Made by a program: the position numbers and the translations under genes. This document shows positions 7,657-17,544 of a stretch of DNA of 38,383 nt, piece after piece. Position 1 is the stretch's first letter. Each line of letters opens with the position of its first letter. The stretch covers positions 1 to 38,383 of the forward strand of contig JACPCX010000096.1 of assembly GCA_016184305.1 (NCBI GenBank). Direction: 5' to 3'. The stretch is from Candidatus Rokuibacteriota bacterium (lineage in GTDB: Bacteria > Methylomirabilota > Methylomirabilia > Rokubacteriales > CSP1-6). The notes under the pieces are model-generated. The model worked only from the letters and a program-made list of their open reading frames with translations. It had not been told where the DNA came from and did no database searches.

Positions 7657-8634
7657 ATGAAGGGCGTGGGGGACTGCGCGGCGTACGCCGACGGGCGACG
7701 GGTGGCCGAGGTCGCGATCCCGGACATCAGCGAGGTCCTCGCGCTGCCTGACCGCTTCGTCTGGATCGGTCTGCACGAGCCCGACGAGGCGCTGCTGCGG
7801 GAGGTCCAGAAGGAGTTCGGGCTGCACGACCTGGCCGTGGAGGACGCCCACAGGGCCCATCAGCGCCCCAAGCTCGAGCGCTACGGGGACTCGCTCTTCG
7901 TCGCGCTCCGGACGGCCCGGATGGACCCGGCAACCCGGCGGGCCGACTTCGGCGAGACCCACATCTTCGTGGGGCCCCGGTACGTCGTGTCGGTGCGCCA
8001 CGGCGCCTCGCTCTCCGACGCCGAGGTGCGAGGTCGCTGCGAGGCCACGCCCCAGCAGCTTCGCAAGGGCCCCGGCTACGTCCTGTACGCGCTGATGGAC
8101 TTCATCGTGGACCAGTACTTCCCCGTCGTGGAGGCGCTGGAAGAGGATCTCGACGGGCTCGAGGAGGAGATCTTCGGCCGGCCGTTTGACCGTGAGACCA
8201 CGGCGCGGATCTACCGGCTGAAGCGGGACCTGCTGGAGGTGAAGCGGGCGGTCTCGCCGCTGGTGGACGTGTGCAACCGCCTCACGCGATTCGAGGACGA
8301 CCTGATCCCCGAGGACACGCGGCTGTACTTCCGGGACATCTACGACCACGCCATCCGGATCAACGAGATGGTGGACACCGCGCGTGAGCTCCTGACGACG
8401 GCCTTCGACGCCAACCTGTCGCTGATCTCGGTGGGCCAGAACGAGTCCATGAAGAAGCTCGCGGCATGGGCGGCGATCCTCGCCGTGCCGACCATGATCG
8501 CCGGGGTGTACGGGATGAATTTCCAGTACATGCCGGAGCTGGGCTGGAGGCTGGGATACCCCGTGGCGATGGGGGTCATGCTCGGCGTCTGCGGGATTCT
8601 GTATCTCCACTTCAAGCGCGTCGAGTGGCTGTGA
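7657..8634 (+). CDS. corA: Magnesium/cobalt transporter CorA
   Basis: HQRPKLE, YFRDIYDH, PTMIAGVYGMNF, MPEL signature. Confidence 0.95.
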   Translation: MKGVGDCAAYADGRRVAEVAIPDISEVLALPDRFVWIGLHEPDEALLREVQKEFGLHDLAVEDAHRAHQRPKLERYGDSLFVALRTARMDPATRRADFGETHIFVGPRYVVSVRHGASLSDAEVRGRCEATPQQLRKGPGYVLYALMDFIVDQYFPVVEALEEDLDGLEEEIFGRPFDRETTARIYRLKRDLLEVKRAVSPLVDVCNRLTRFEDDLIPEDTRLYFRDIYDHAIRINEMVDTARELLTTAFDANLSLISVGQNESMKKLAAWAAILAVPTMIAGVYGMNFQYMPELGWRLGYPVAMGVMLGVCGILYLHFKRVEWL

Positions 8635-8657
8635 AGGCCAGAGAGGAGCGCGGTCGG

Positions 8658-9587
8658 ATGCGGATCGTCGTCATGGGCAGCGGCGGGACCGGAGGCTACT
8701 TCGGCGCCAAGCTGGCGCGCGCGGGGGAGGACGTCACCTTCGTGGCCAGGGGGAAGCACCTGGAGGCGATCCGGGCCCAGGGCCTGCGGGTGCGCTCGGC
8801 CATTGACGGGGAGTGGACCGTCACGGCGGCCGCGGTGGAGCGGCTGGAGGGGCTGCCGCCGGCGGACCTGGTGCTATTCTGCGTGAAGGCCTTCGACACC
8901 GAGAGCGCGGCCGAGGTGATCCGGCCGGTTGTCGGGTCAGAGACCGGCGTGCTGACGATCCAGAACGGCGTGGACAACGCGGACGCCCTCGCGCGGATCC
9001 TCGGGCCGGGGCACGTCCTCGGCGGGGCAGCGCAGGTCTTCACCACCATCGAGGCCCCCGGCGTCATTGTCCACACGGTGCTCGGGCGCATCGTCTTCGG
9101 GGAGATGGACGGGCGCGACACCCCGAGGGCGCGGGCCTTCCTCGACGCCTGCCGGCGGGCCTCCATCCCGGCGGAGATCTCCGGCGACATCATGCGGACG
9201 CTCTGGGAAAAGTACGTCATGATCGTGGCGCATTCGGGGATGACGGCCGTCACGCGCTGCCCGGCCGGCGTCATCCGGGCATTGCCTGCGAGCCGGCGCA
9301 TGTACCGGCTGCTGCTGGAGGAGATGGTGGGGCTGGCCCGGGCCGCGGGCGCGGGCGTCGAGGGCGCCGTCGTCGACGCGGTGATGGGCATTCTCGACAG
9401 CCAGCCCGGCGGCTTCTACTCGTCGCTTCACCACGACCTGACCCACGGGAAACGGCTCGAGCTGGAGACGCTCCAGGGGCACGCGGTGCGGCTGGGCGAC
9501 CGGTACGGCGTGCCCACGCCGACGCTGTTCGCCGTCTACGCGGCGCTCCGCCCCTATCTCGACGGCCCCCCCGCGCCCCCCGCGTAG
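8658..9587 (+). CDS. panE: 2-dehydropantoate 2-reductase
   Basis: MRIVVMGSGGTGGYFG, CVKAFD, IQNG, LWEK, SSLHHDL...LELE. RBS GAGGAG upstream. Confidence 0.9.
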   Translation: MRIVVMGSGGTGGYFGAKLARAGEDVTFVARGKHLEAIRAQGLRVRSAIDGEWTVTAAAVERLEGLPPADLVLFCVKAFDTESAAEVIRPVVGSETGVLTIQNGVDNADALARILGPGHVLGGAAQVFTTIEAPGVIVHTVLGRIVFGEMDGRDTPRARAFLDACRRASIPAEISGDIMRTLWEKYVMIVAHSGMTAVTRCPAGVIRALPASRRMYRLLLEEMVGLARAAGAGVEGAVVDAVMGILDSQPGGFYSSLHHDLTHGKRLELETLQGHAVRLGDRYGVPTPTLFAVYAALRPYLDGPPAPPA

Positions 9588-9728
9588 CGGCCGTCGGGGC
9601 GGGGGCGGCATCCACGCCTCACCCTCGATCCCCCGCGGGCTTCGGAGCGGACCCCGCCCCCGGCTCTCGGGCTGGTGGACGGTGAAGCCACCGGTGAGGC
9701 GCATGAGGCGGGCGATATACTGAGAGAC

Positions 9729-11468
9729 GTGTCTCCCGCCCGCCGGCTCCTTCGCTATCTGCTCCGCTACCGCGCCCGCTACGGAGCGGGGGCCGCCTGC
9801 CTCGTGTTCGCCACGGCCTTCTCCCTCGGGATCCCGTGGACCGTGAAGGCGGCCGTGGATGTGCTGCAAGGCGGCGGGAACCTCCGGGCCGTCGCCGTCC
9901 ACGCGGCGATCATCGTCCTGCTGGCGGCGGCCCACGGAGCGGCGAGGCTCGGCTCGCGCTTCACCATGATCGGCGCCGGGCAGTGGGTCGAGCACGACAT
10001 CCGCCGCGACCTCTACGCGCGCCTGCTGCGGCTCCCGCCGACCTTCTATCACGCCCACCGCACGGGGGACCTCATGTCGCGGGCGTCGAGCGACATCTCG
10101 GCCGTGCGCACCCTCGCGGGCTTCGGGACCACGATGCTGACGTCCACGTCGCTGGCCTTCGCGGGAACGCTGTTCGCCATGTGGAGCATCGATCCGTGGC
10201 TCACGCTGTACGCGATGGCGCCGTCTCCGTGGCTCATCGTGGCCGCGCGACGGTTCAGCCGCACCGTGGAACGGCAGTCCACGGCGGTCCAGGAGCAGCT
10301 CGGGTTGCTCTCGGCCAAGGTCCAGGAGAATCTCACGGGCATGGCGGTGGTGCGCGCCTATACCATGGAAGCGCGGGAGGTCGAGTCCTTCGGCCGCCTC
10401 AACCGCGAGTACCTGGCCCGGAGTGTCCGCCTCGCGCGCACGCAGGCGGGCTTCTGGCCACTCATGGGGCTCATCTCGGGGATCGGCACGCTCGTCATCC
10501 TCTGGCTGGGCGGCAAGGCCGTGGTGGATGGCCGCATCACGCTCGGGGCCTTCGTGGCGTTCAACGGCTACCTCGCCTACCTGGCGTGGCCGACGGTGGC
10601 GCTGGGGTGGACGCTCGGCAACCTGCAACGGGGGCTCAGCGCCATGCAGCGGATCGCGGAGGTTCTGGACGCGCGCGTGGAGAGCGAGCCCGATGGTGCC
10701 GGGGAGCTGGCCCCGGCGCTCAGGGGGCGCATCGAGCTCAGGGGTCTCTCCTTCGCCTACGAAGGACGGGAGCCCGCCCTCGTGGACGTGAGCTTCACCG
10801 TGGCGGACGGTGCCTTCGCCGTGGTGGTGGGACCCACGGGCAGCGGCAAGTCCACGCTGGGGGCTCTCGTCTGCCGCCTCTTCGAGCCACCGCGCGGAAG
10901 GCTCTTCGTCGGTGGTGTGGACGTGCGTGACCTGCCACTGCACACGCTGCGCCGGGCGGTGGGCTACGTGCCGCAGGAGGCCTTCCTCTTCTCGCGCTCG
11001 CTCAAGGACAACCTCCTGCTGGGCGACGGCGGGGCCGGCCACGATCGCCTCGCGGCCGCGGCAGCCGCCGCCGGGCTCGCCGCCGAGGTGGAGGGGTTCC
11101 CGGAAGGGTGGGACACGGTGGTCGGGGAGCGCGGGCTCACGCTGTCAGGCGGCCAGCGCCAGCGGGCAGCGCTGGCGCGCGCGCTCGTGGGGGAGCCGGC
11201 CTTCCTCATCCTCGACGACGTCTTCGCCTCAGTGGACCCGGGGAAGGAGTGGGAGATCCTGCAGGCGCTGCGGGCCGCCCGACAGGGGCGCACGACCCTC
11301 CTGATGACGCACCGGCTGCTGGCCGCGGAGGAGGCGGATCTCGTGGTGGTGCTCGACGCGGGGCGTGTCGTCGAGCAGGGCCGGCACGCCGACCTGGTGG
11401 CAGCGGGCGGGGCCTATGCGCGACTCTGGCGGATCCAGCAGCTGGAGGCCGAGCTTGAGCGAGACTGA
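9729..11468 (+). CDS. ABC exporter ATP-binding/permease subunit 1 (MdlA/YheI-like)
   Basis: TM domain with TGDLMSR, Walker A GPTGSGKS, LSGGQRQR, ILDD. TATACT 7 nt before GTG 9729. Confidence 0.9.
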   Translation: MSPARRLLRYLLRYRARYGAGAACLVFATAFSLGIPWTVKAAVDVLQGGGNLRAVAVHAAIIVLLAAAHGAARLGSRFTMIGAGQWVEHDIRRDLYARLLRLPPTFYHAHRTGDLMSRASSDISAVRTLAGFGTTMLTSTSLAFAGTLFAMWSIDPWLTLYAMAPSPWLIVAARRFSRTVERQSTAVQEQLGLLSAKVQENLTGMAVVRAYTMEAREVESFGRLNREYLARSVRLARTQAGFWPLMGLISGIGTLVILWLGGKAVVDGRITLGAFVAFNGYLAYLAWPTVALGWTLGNLQRGLSAMQRIAEVLDARVESEPDGAGELAPALRGRIELRGLSFAYEGREPALVDVSFTVADGAFAVVVGPTGSGKSTLGALVCRLFEPPRGRLFVGGVDVRDLPLHTLRRAVGYVPQEAFLFSRSLKDNLLLGDGGAGHDRLAAAAAAAGLAAEVEGFPEGWDTVVGERGLTLSGGQRQRAALARALVGEPAFLILDDVFASVDPGKEWEILQALRAARQGRTTLLMTHRLLAAEEADLVVVLDAGRVVEQGRHADLVAAGGAYARLWRIQQLEAELERD

Positions 11469-13257
11469 GCACGACCACGAGGTGCTCGGCCGGGCCTATG
11501 ACGGGCGGCTCATGGCGCGGTTGTGGGCCGTCACGCGCCCGCACCGTCCGCTGATGCTCGTGTCCATGGCCCTGTTCCCCCTGGCCGCGGCCGCGGAGCT
11601 CGTGCAGCCGTATCTCGTCAAGGTGGCCATCGACGACCACATCCTCAAGCGCGACTGGGCGGGACTCGGGCGCATGGCGCTGCTCTTTCTCCTGACGCTC
11701 GTGGCCCTCTATCTCCTGCGGGCCGCGCAGGCGTACGTGACCCAGATCACGGGGCAGCGGGTCATGCACGACCTCCGCGAGGCGCTCTTCGTCCACCTCC
11801 AGCGCATGCACGCGGGCTACTTCGACCGGAACCCCGTGGGCCGGTTGATGACCCGGGTGCTCAACGACGTGGAGGCGATCAACGAGCTGTTCACGAGCGG
11901 TGTGGCCGCCGTGGTGGGGGACGTGGTGATGCTCGCGGGTGTCGTGGTGATCCTGCTCTCCATGAACTGGCGGCTCGCGCTGGTCACCTTCGCGCTGGTG
12001 CCCGTGCTGGTGCTGGCGGCCGGGTATTTCCGGGTGAAGGCGCGCGAGAGCTACCGGCTCGTGCGGACCCGGCTGGCCAGGCTCAATGCCTTCCTCCAGG
12101 AGTCCCTCCAGGGGATCACCGTCATCCAGCTCTTCGCCCGGGAGCGGGAGGAGGCGCGGCTGTTCGGCGAGCTCAACGGCGACCTCCGCCACGCGCAGTT
12201 CCGCTCCACGCTCTTCGAGGCCTCCCTCTACGCGGGTGTCGAGGCGCTGGGCTCCATCGCCGTGGCGCTGCTCCTGTGGTACGGCGGGGGGCAGGTGATG
12301 ACGGGCGCGCTCACCTTCGGCGGCCTCGTGGCCTTCCTCGAGTACACGGGCCGGTTCTTCCTTCCCATCCGCGACCTGGGCGCCAAGTACACGGTGATGC
12401 AGGCGGCCATGGTGTCCTCGGAGCGGGTCTTCGGGCTGCTGGACACGCCGCCCGAGATCACGACCCCGGCCGGCGCCAAGGCCTCCGGCCCCGCCAGCGC
12501 GGCCGGCCCCGCCGATCTCCCGGCCGTCGAGCTCAGGAACGTGTGGTTCGGGTATCACGGCGAGCAGTGGGTCCTGCGCGACTGCTCCTTCACCGTGGGG
12601 CGCGGCGAGCACGTGGCCCTCGTCGGTCCCACCGGGGAGGGCAAGTCCACCATCGCGCGGCTGATGACCCGCGCCTACGACGTGACGCGCGGTCAGGTGC
12701 TGGTGGACGGGGTGGACGTGCGCGAGTGGGATCTCACGGCCCTCAGACGGCACGTGGGACTCATCCCGCAGGAGGTCTTCCTCTTCGCCGGGACGGTGGA
12801 GAGCAACCTGACGCTGGGCCGTGATGGCGCGGTCCCGGCGGCCGAGGTCAAGCGCGCCCTGGCCCGTGCCAACGCCGCCAGGCTCGTCGAGGCGCTGCCG
12901 GGCGGCCTGGCGGAGGAAATTCGGGAGCGCGGCGTGAACCTCTCCGGCGGTCAGCGTCAGCTGCTGGCCATTGCGCGCGCGCTCATCTATAATCCTCGCG
13001 TCCTGGCGATGGACGAGGCGACGTCCAGCGTGGACGTGGAGTCCGAGGCGCTGATCCGTACCGCCATGGGAGAGCTGCTCGAGGGGCGCGCCAGCCTGGT
13101 CATCGCGCACCGCCTCTCGACCATCCAGAGCGCGGACCGCATCCTGGTGCTCCACAGGGGACGCGTGCGGGAGTCCGGGCGGCATGCCGAGCTCCTGGCC
13201 GCGCAAGGCCTCTACGCGCGGCTGTACGAGCTCGAGCTGGGGCGGGAGCGGGCGTGA
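11455..13257 (+). CDS. ABC exporter ATP-binding/permease subunit 2 (MdlB/YheH-like)
   Basis: NPVGRLMTRV, GPTGEGKS, LSGGQRQ, MDEATSSVD, IAHRLSTI. TTG start inferred. Confidence 0.9.
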   Translation: MSETEHDHEVLGRAYDGRLMARLWAVTRPHRPLMLVSMALFPLAAAAELVQPYLVKVAIDDHILKRDWAGLGRMALLFLLTLVALYLLRAAQAYVTQITGQRVMHDLREALFVHLQRMHAGYFDRNPVGRLMTRVLNDVEAINELFTSGVAAVVGDVVMLAGVVVILLSMNWRLALVTFALVPVLVLAAGYFRVKARESYRLVRTRLARLNAFLQESLQGITVIQLFAREREEARLFGELNGDLRHAQFRSTLFEASLYAGVEALGSIAVALLLWYGGGQVMTGALTFGGLVAFLEYTGRFFLPIRDLGAKYTVMQAAMVSSERVFGLLDTPPEITTPAGAKASGPASAAGPADLPAVELRNVWFGYHGEQWVLRDCSFTVGRGEHVALVGPTGEGKSTIARLMTRAYDVTRGQVLVDGVDVREWDLTALRRHVGLIPQEVFLFAGTVESNLTLGRDGAVPAAEVKRALARANAARLVEALPGGLAEEIRERGVNLSGGQRQLLAIARALIYNPRVLAMDEATSSVDVESEALIRTAMGELLEGRASLVIAHRLSTIQSADRILVLHRGRVRESGRHAELLAAQGLYARLYELELGRERA

Positions 13258-13634
13258 TGGAGAGACCGGCGTTTCTCGCGCGGGCGCGCGGGATGCGGTT
13301 CCGGCGAGCCGTGGACGGGCTGGTCCGCGAGATTCCCGCCGGCCGCGTGGCCACCTATGGGCAGATCGCCGCGCTGCTCGGGTGCCCGCGGGCCGCGCGC
13401 GCTGTCGGCCACGCCATGAAGCGGTGCGCGCCCGGTGTGCCCTGGCACCGTGTGGTGAACGCCCGCGGGGCGATCAGCCTCCGGGCCAACGTGGGGAGCA
13501 TGGTCACTCAGCGGATTCTTCTCCAGCAGGAAGGGGTCCCGGTGCGGGGGGGGCGCATGGCGCTCTCCCGCCATCGCTGGGACGGCCCCCGCGGATCCCG
13601 CCGCCTCCGGCCGGCCGCGCTCGACAGACTCTGA
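13254..13634 (+). CDS. Alkyltransferase-like protein (ATL/YbaZ, MGMT family)
   Basis: [24 protein letters not shown] (Trp replaces catalytic Cys), [10 protein letters not shown]. Confidence 0.88.
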   Translation: MMERPAFLARARGMRFRRAVDGLVREIPAGRVATYGQIAALLGCPRAARAVGHAMKRCAPGVPWHRVVNARGAISLRANVGSMVTQRILLQQEGVPVRGGRMALSRHRWDGPRGSRRLRPAALDRL

Positions 13635-13653
13635 TCCCCGGGAGGGTGCCCCG

Positions 13654-14682
13654 ATGCGCCTCGGACTGAACATCGGCTACTCCGGCTCCAGCATGCGCAT
13701 CGACCTGCCGCTGATCCAGGAGGCGGACCGGCTGGGCTATGACTCGGTGTGGTCCGCCGAGGCCTACGGCTCGGATGCCGTGACCACCATCACCTGGGTG
13801 GCGGCGCAGACGCAGCGGATCCGCGTCGGCACCGCCATCATGCAGATCCCGGCGCGGACGCCGACCTTGACCGCGACGACGGCCGTGACGCTCGATCAGC
13901 TCTCGGGTGGGCGCTTTCTCCTGGGGCTCGGGGTCTCGGGCCCGCAGGTGGTCGAGGGATGGCACGGCGTCCCGTTCGGCAAGCCGCTCGTGAAGACGCG
14001 GGAGTACGTGGCGGTCGTGCGCGCGGTCTGGCGGCGGGAGAAGCCGCTCACCTTCACGGGGGAGTACTACCAGATCCCTTACGCGGGGCCCGGCGCGACG
14101 GGCCTCGGCAAGCCGCTCAAGTCCATCCTGCACGGGCGGGCGGACATCCCGATCTACCTCGCGGCGGTCGGGCCGAAGAACGTGGCCCTCGCCGCGGAGA
14201 TCGCGGACGGCTGGCTCCCGGTCTTCTTCTCGCCGTACCGCATGTCGGCCTTCGCGCCGCACCTCGAGGCGGGCTTCAAGGCGGCGGGCGGCGGCAAGTC
14301 GCTCGAGCGCTTCGACGTGGCGCCCACCGTGCCCGTCGTGCTGGGGGATGACGCGGCGTCTTGCCGGGGCCTGGTCAAGCCCCGGCTCGCGCTGTACATC
14401 GGGGGCATGGGGGCCCGCGACAAGAACTTCTACAACGAGCTCGTGTGCCGCTACGGCTACGAGGCGGCGGCCGCGCGCATCCAGGGCCTGTACCTCGCGG
14501 GGAAGAAGGACGAGGCGGCGGCGGCCGTGCCGGATGCCCTGGTGGACGAGGTGGCACTGTGCGGCCCGAAGGAGCGCATCCGCGAGCGGCTCGGCGCGTG
14601 GAGGGACTGCGGCGTGACAACCATGATCTGCGGGATCGCTCAGCCCGAGGCCGTGCGGGTCATGGCCGAGCTGGTCCTCTGA
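13654..14682 (+). CDS. LLM class F420-dependent oxidoreductase (Rv3520c-like)
   Basis: [50 protein letters not shown]. Confidence 0.9.
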   Translation: MRLGLNIGYSGSSMRIDLPLIQEADRLGYDSVWSAEAYGSDAVTTITWVAAQTQRIRVGTAIMQIPARTPTLTATTAVTLDQLSGGRFLLGLGVSGPQVVEGWHGVPFGKPLVKTREYVAVVRAVWRREKPLTFTGEYYQIPYAGPGATGLGKPLKSILHGRADIPIYLAAVGPKNVALAAEIADGWLPVFFSPYRMSAFAPHLEAGFKAAGGGKSLERFDVAPTVPVVLGDDAASCRGLVKPRLALYIGGMGARDKNFYNELVCRYGYEAAAARIQGLYLAGKKDEAAAAVPDALVDEVALCGPKERIRERLGAWRDCGVTTMICGIAQPEAVRVMAELVL

Positions 14683-14704
14683 GGCGTCGGGCGGGCGCGG
14701 ACCG

Positions 14705-15175
14705 GTGAAGCCGGCAGCCGAGAAGGTCCAGGCGGCCATCGCCGAGCGGGGGCTCGACCGCGCGGTCATCGAGCTGGCGGTCCACGCGCGCACGTCCCAG
14801 CAGGCCGCCGACGCGCTGGCCGTCGCCGTCGGGCAAATCGCCAAGTCCCTCGTGTTCACGGTCAACGGCGCCCCGGTCATGGTGATCGCCTCGGGGGCGA
14901 ACAGGGTCGACGAGGCCAAGGTCGGCCGGCTGGCGGGAGGCGCCGTGAGGCGCGCGGATCCCGAGACGGTGAGACAGGCCACCGGCTACGCCATCGGGGG
15001 CGTGCCGCCCTTCGGCCACCAGACGCGGCTGCCCATCTACGTCGATCGCGATCTCCAGCAGTACGCGCTGATCTTCGCGGCTGCCGGCGTGCCGGAGTGC
15101 GTGTTCCCGCTCGCACCGGAGGAGCTGATCCGTGCCACCGGCGGCACCGTCGCCGACGTGAAGGTGGAGGCATGA
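14705..15175 (+). CDS. YbaK/EbsC family aminoacyl-tRNA deacylase
   Basis: GQIAKSLVF, ASGANRVD, TGYAIGGVPPFGH. Confidence 0.9.
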   Translation: MKPAAEKVQAAIAERGLDRAVIELAVHARTSQQAADALAVAVGQIAKSLVFTVNGAPVMVIASGANRVDEAKVGRLAGGAVRRADPETVRQATGYAIGGVPPFGHQTRLPIYVDRDLQQYALIFAAAGVPECVFPLAPEELIRATGGTVADVKVEA

Positions 15176-16119
15176 AGATCGTTCCGCTGGCGGCGGAGTC
15201 GCTGGGCGTCCGCTCGGTCGCGACCTACGTGGAGTGCGGGGACACCCGGGTGCTGATCGACCCGGGCGCCTCGCTGGCCGCGAGCCGGTTCACCCTCCCG
15301 CCGGCGGACGAGGAGTGGGAGGCGCTGAAGCGCGCCAACGACCGGATCTCCGGCTACGCGGCGCGCGCGCAGTGGCTGTTCGTGAGCCACTACCACGAGG
15401 ATCACTTCCGGTACGACGCGGAGATCTACCGGGACCGGGGCGTCTGGGCGAAGGACCCCAACCGCATGATCAACGCGAGCCAGGAGGCGCGGGCGCGGGA
15501 GCTGTGGAAGGCACTCGACGGGACGTGCCGCCTGGATACGGCCGAGGGGCGGCGGTACGAGACCGCGGACTGCGTGCTGAGCGGCTCACCTCCGCTCGCC
15601 CACGGGGTGGAAGGGGGTGGGCTCGGCTACGTGGTGGCCTTGACGGTCACGGATCGCCGGGAGGGGTTCCGGTTCGTCCACGCCTCGGACGTGCAGGGAC
15701 CGCTGTCCGCGGTGGCCGCGGCGTACCTGATCCGCGAGCGGCCGAGTCTGCTGTACCTGGCAGGGCCGCCGGCGTACCTCGAGGCGCGCGTGGGGCGGGT
15801 GCTGATCGAGCAGGGGGTGGAGCATTTGCTGCGCATCATCGATCGCACCGGCTGCCGGGTGATCATGGACCATCACGCGCTGCGGGACGCCGACTACCCC
15901 GAGCGGTTCAGGCGGCTCTGGGAGACGGACCGCGTGGTGACGGCGGCGGGATACCTGGGCCTCGACGACCGGCCCCTCGAGGCGCGGCGGCGGATCCTCT
16001 GGCAGATCAAGCGGAAGCCGGCGGGTCGCATGGCGCCGCGCTTGAAGCCCGACTGGGCCTCGGGTAAGATGGCCCGGATTCGTCCAGACCGCAACGCTCA
16101 AGGAGGAACATCCGAATGA
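15172..16119 (+). CDS. UPF0282-like MBL-fold metallo-hydrolase
   Basis: MKIVPLAAESLGVRS, IDPG, SHYHEDH, HG, SDVQGP, GPPAYL, MDHHALRD, TAAGYLG. Confidence 0.75.
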   Translation: MKIVPLAAESLGVRSVATYVECGDTRVLIDPGASLAASRFTLPPADEEWEALKRANDRISGYAARAQWLFVSHYHEDHFRYDAEIYRDRGVWAKDPNRMINASQEARARELWKALDGTCRLDTAEGRRYETADCVLSGSPPLAHGVEGGGLGYVVALTVTDRREGFRFVHASDVQGPLSAVAAAYLIRERPSLLYLAGPPAYLEARVGRVLIEQGVEHLLRIIDRTGCRVIMDHHALRDADYPERFRRLWETDRVVTAAGYLGLDDRPLEARRRILWQIKRKPAGRMAPRLKPDWASGKMARIRPDRNAQGGTSE

Positions 16120-16583
16120 GCGAGACGAAGACACTGGGTGTTGGGGACGTGGCTCCCGATTTCGCGCTGAAGACGATCGGCTTGAAGGAGGTGAGCCTTC
16201 GGGATCACCGGGGCAAGAACGTCGTCGTGCTGTTCTATCCGCTCGACTGGACGCCCGGCTGATCCAAGTGCATGCCCGCCTTCGATAAGCGTGTGAAGGA
16301 CTTCGAGGCGGCGAATACCCAGGTTCTGGGTATCAGCACGGATAGCCCGTTCAGCCACGAGAACTGGGCGAAGTCGGTCGGCATCTCGAACTATCCGCTT
16401 CTTTCCGATGTGCATCGGACGGCCGCGAAGGACTGGGGCGTCTACTGGGCCGACTGGAACGCGAACGTGCGCGCCACCTTCATCGTTGACGCGAAGGGCA
16501 CGGTGCGCTTCATCGAGCGGTACGGGAAGGGCGAGCTGCCCGACCCGGACAAGATCCTGGCCGAAGTGAAAAAGCTCGGCTAG
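16116..16583 (+). CDS. Peroxiredoxin (AhpE/BCP-like), probable selenoprotein (UGA at codon 49)
   Basis: RBS AAGGAGG plus ATGA coupling. VGDVAPDFAL...VVVLFYPLDWTPG-TGA(16260)-SKC continues in frame into VLGISTDSPFSH, YPLLSD, RATFIVD. Confidence 0.85.
16276..16311 (+). promoter_or_regulatory. Candidate bacterial SECIS stem-loop
   Basis: CCGCCTTCGA ... TCGAGGCGG pairing (alternative inner CCTTC/GAAGG) beginning 13 nt after the in-frame UGA. Confidence 0.5.
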
Positions 16584-17521
16584 CCGGTCTGCCGGGGGGC
16601 GGTCGGGGGTGGCGATCCGCTTCCGGCCGCCCCCGGGCGGGTGACGAACCCCACGCCCGCGAGCACGGCGCCCCCGCCCAGCACTTCCACGAGGCCGATC
16701 CGCTCTCCCAGCATCACGTAGGCAAGCAGGACTCCCACCACGGGCTGGAGATTCATGAAGATGGCGCTGCGGCTCGGGCCCACGGACCGTACGCCCTCGT
16801 ACCACCACACGTGCGCGATGGCGCCCAGGAAGGCCTGGTAGGCGACGACGCCCCAGGCGACGGGGGCGGCGTAGTTCGGCGCCGGGAAGAAGCGCGCGGT
16901 GAGAAAGGCCATGGGGACCAGCATGAGAGAGCCGAGCACGTAGGCGCACGTGGTGGCCACGGCGGGGGAGTGCACCGCGAGGACGCGCTTGCCGTAGATG
17001 GTGTAGGCGCTCCAGCCGAACATCGCTCCCAGGAGGATCAAGTCGCCGGGGCGGAGGTCGGCCTGGACCACGGCCCGCCACTGCCCTTTGGTGACGACGA
17101 GGAGGACGCCCACCGTGGAGCACACGACGCCGATCCACTGCACGCGGCGCAGCCGCTCGCCCAGGTAGAAGCGCGCGCCGATGGCGACCATGACGGGCGT
17201 GGCGGCCTGCAGCATGGCGGCGCTGCCGGCGGTGGTGAAGGCGATGCCGAGGTACGTGCCGCCGGTAGAGACGAAGATGCCCACGAAGCCGAGGAAGGCG
17301 AAGGAGCGCATGTCCGCCCAGCCGAGGCCGCGGATCTCGCCAACGCCGCGCCGGAGGAGGACCACGGACAGGAAGATCGACGCCACGCTGCACCGGAGCG
17401 CCACGAGGAGATACGGGGAGAAGTGGACCAGGGCGAGCTTGGCGAACGCGGGATAGGAGCCCCAGAGCGCGGCGGCGAGGGTGAGGGTGACGTACGCGCG
17501 GGTTTGACGCGTGGCAGGCAC
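16580..17521 (-). CDS. DMT/EamA family transporter
   Basis: About 10 TM helices, LWGSY, LGERL, WSAYTIYGK, FMNLQPV. GTG 17521 lies 6 nt after TATCAT. Confidence 0.9.
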   Translation of the reverse strand: MPATRQTRAYVTLTLAAALWGSYPAFAKLALVHFSPYLLVALRCSVASIFLSVVLLRRGVGEIRGLGWADMRSFAFLGFVGIFVSTGGTYLGIAFTTAGSAAMLQAATPVMVAIGARFYLGERLRRVQWIGVVCSTVGVLLVVTKGQWRAVVQADLRPGDLILLGAMFGWSAYTIYGKRVLAVHSPAVATTCAYVLGSLMLVPMAFLTARFFPAPNYAAPVAWGVVAYQAFLGAIAHVWWYEGVRSVGPSRSAIFMNLQPVVGVLLAYVMLGERIGLVEVLGGGAVLAGVGFVTRPGAAGSGSPPPTAPRQTG

Positions 17522-17533
17522 CTGCTTATGATA
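17504..17533. promoter_or_regulatory. Overlapping divergent sigma70-type promoter elements
   Basis: + strand TTGACG-N17-TATGAT (17504-17532). - strand TATCAT (17533-17528) 6 nt before the DMT GTG. Confidence 0.6.
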
Positions 17534-17544
17534 ACGCGGCACGC

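Noticed and set aside
9590..9670. GC hairpin (GGGGCGGGG/CCCCGCCCC) after panE as an ncRNA or tRNA
   Set aside because: No cloverleaf, T-loop or U-tract; could be chance pairing in GC-rich DNA.
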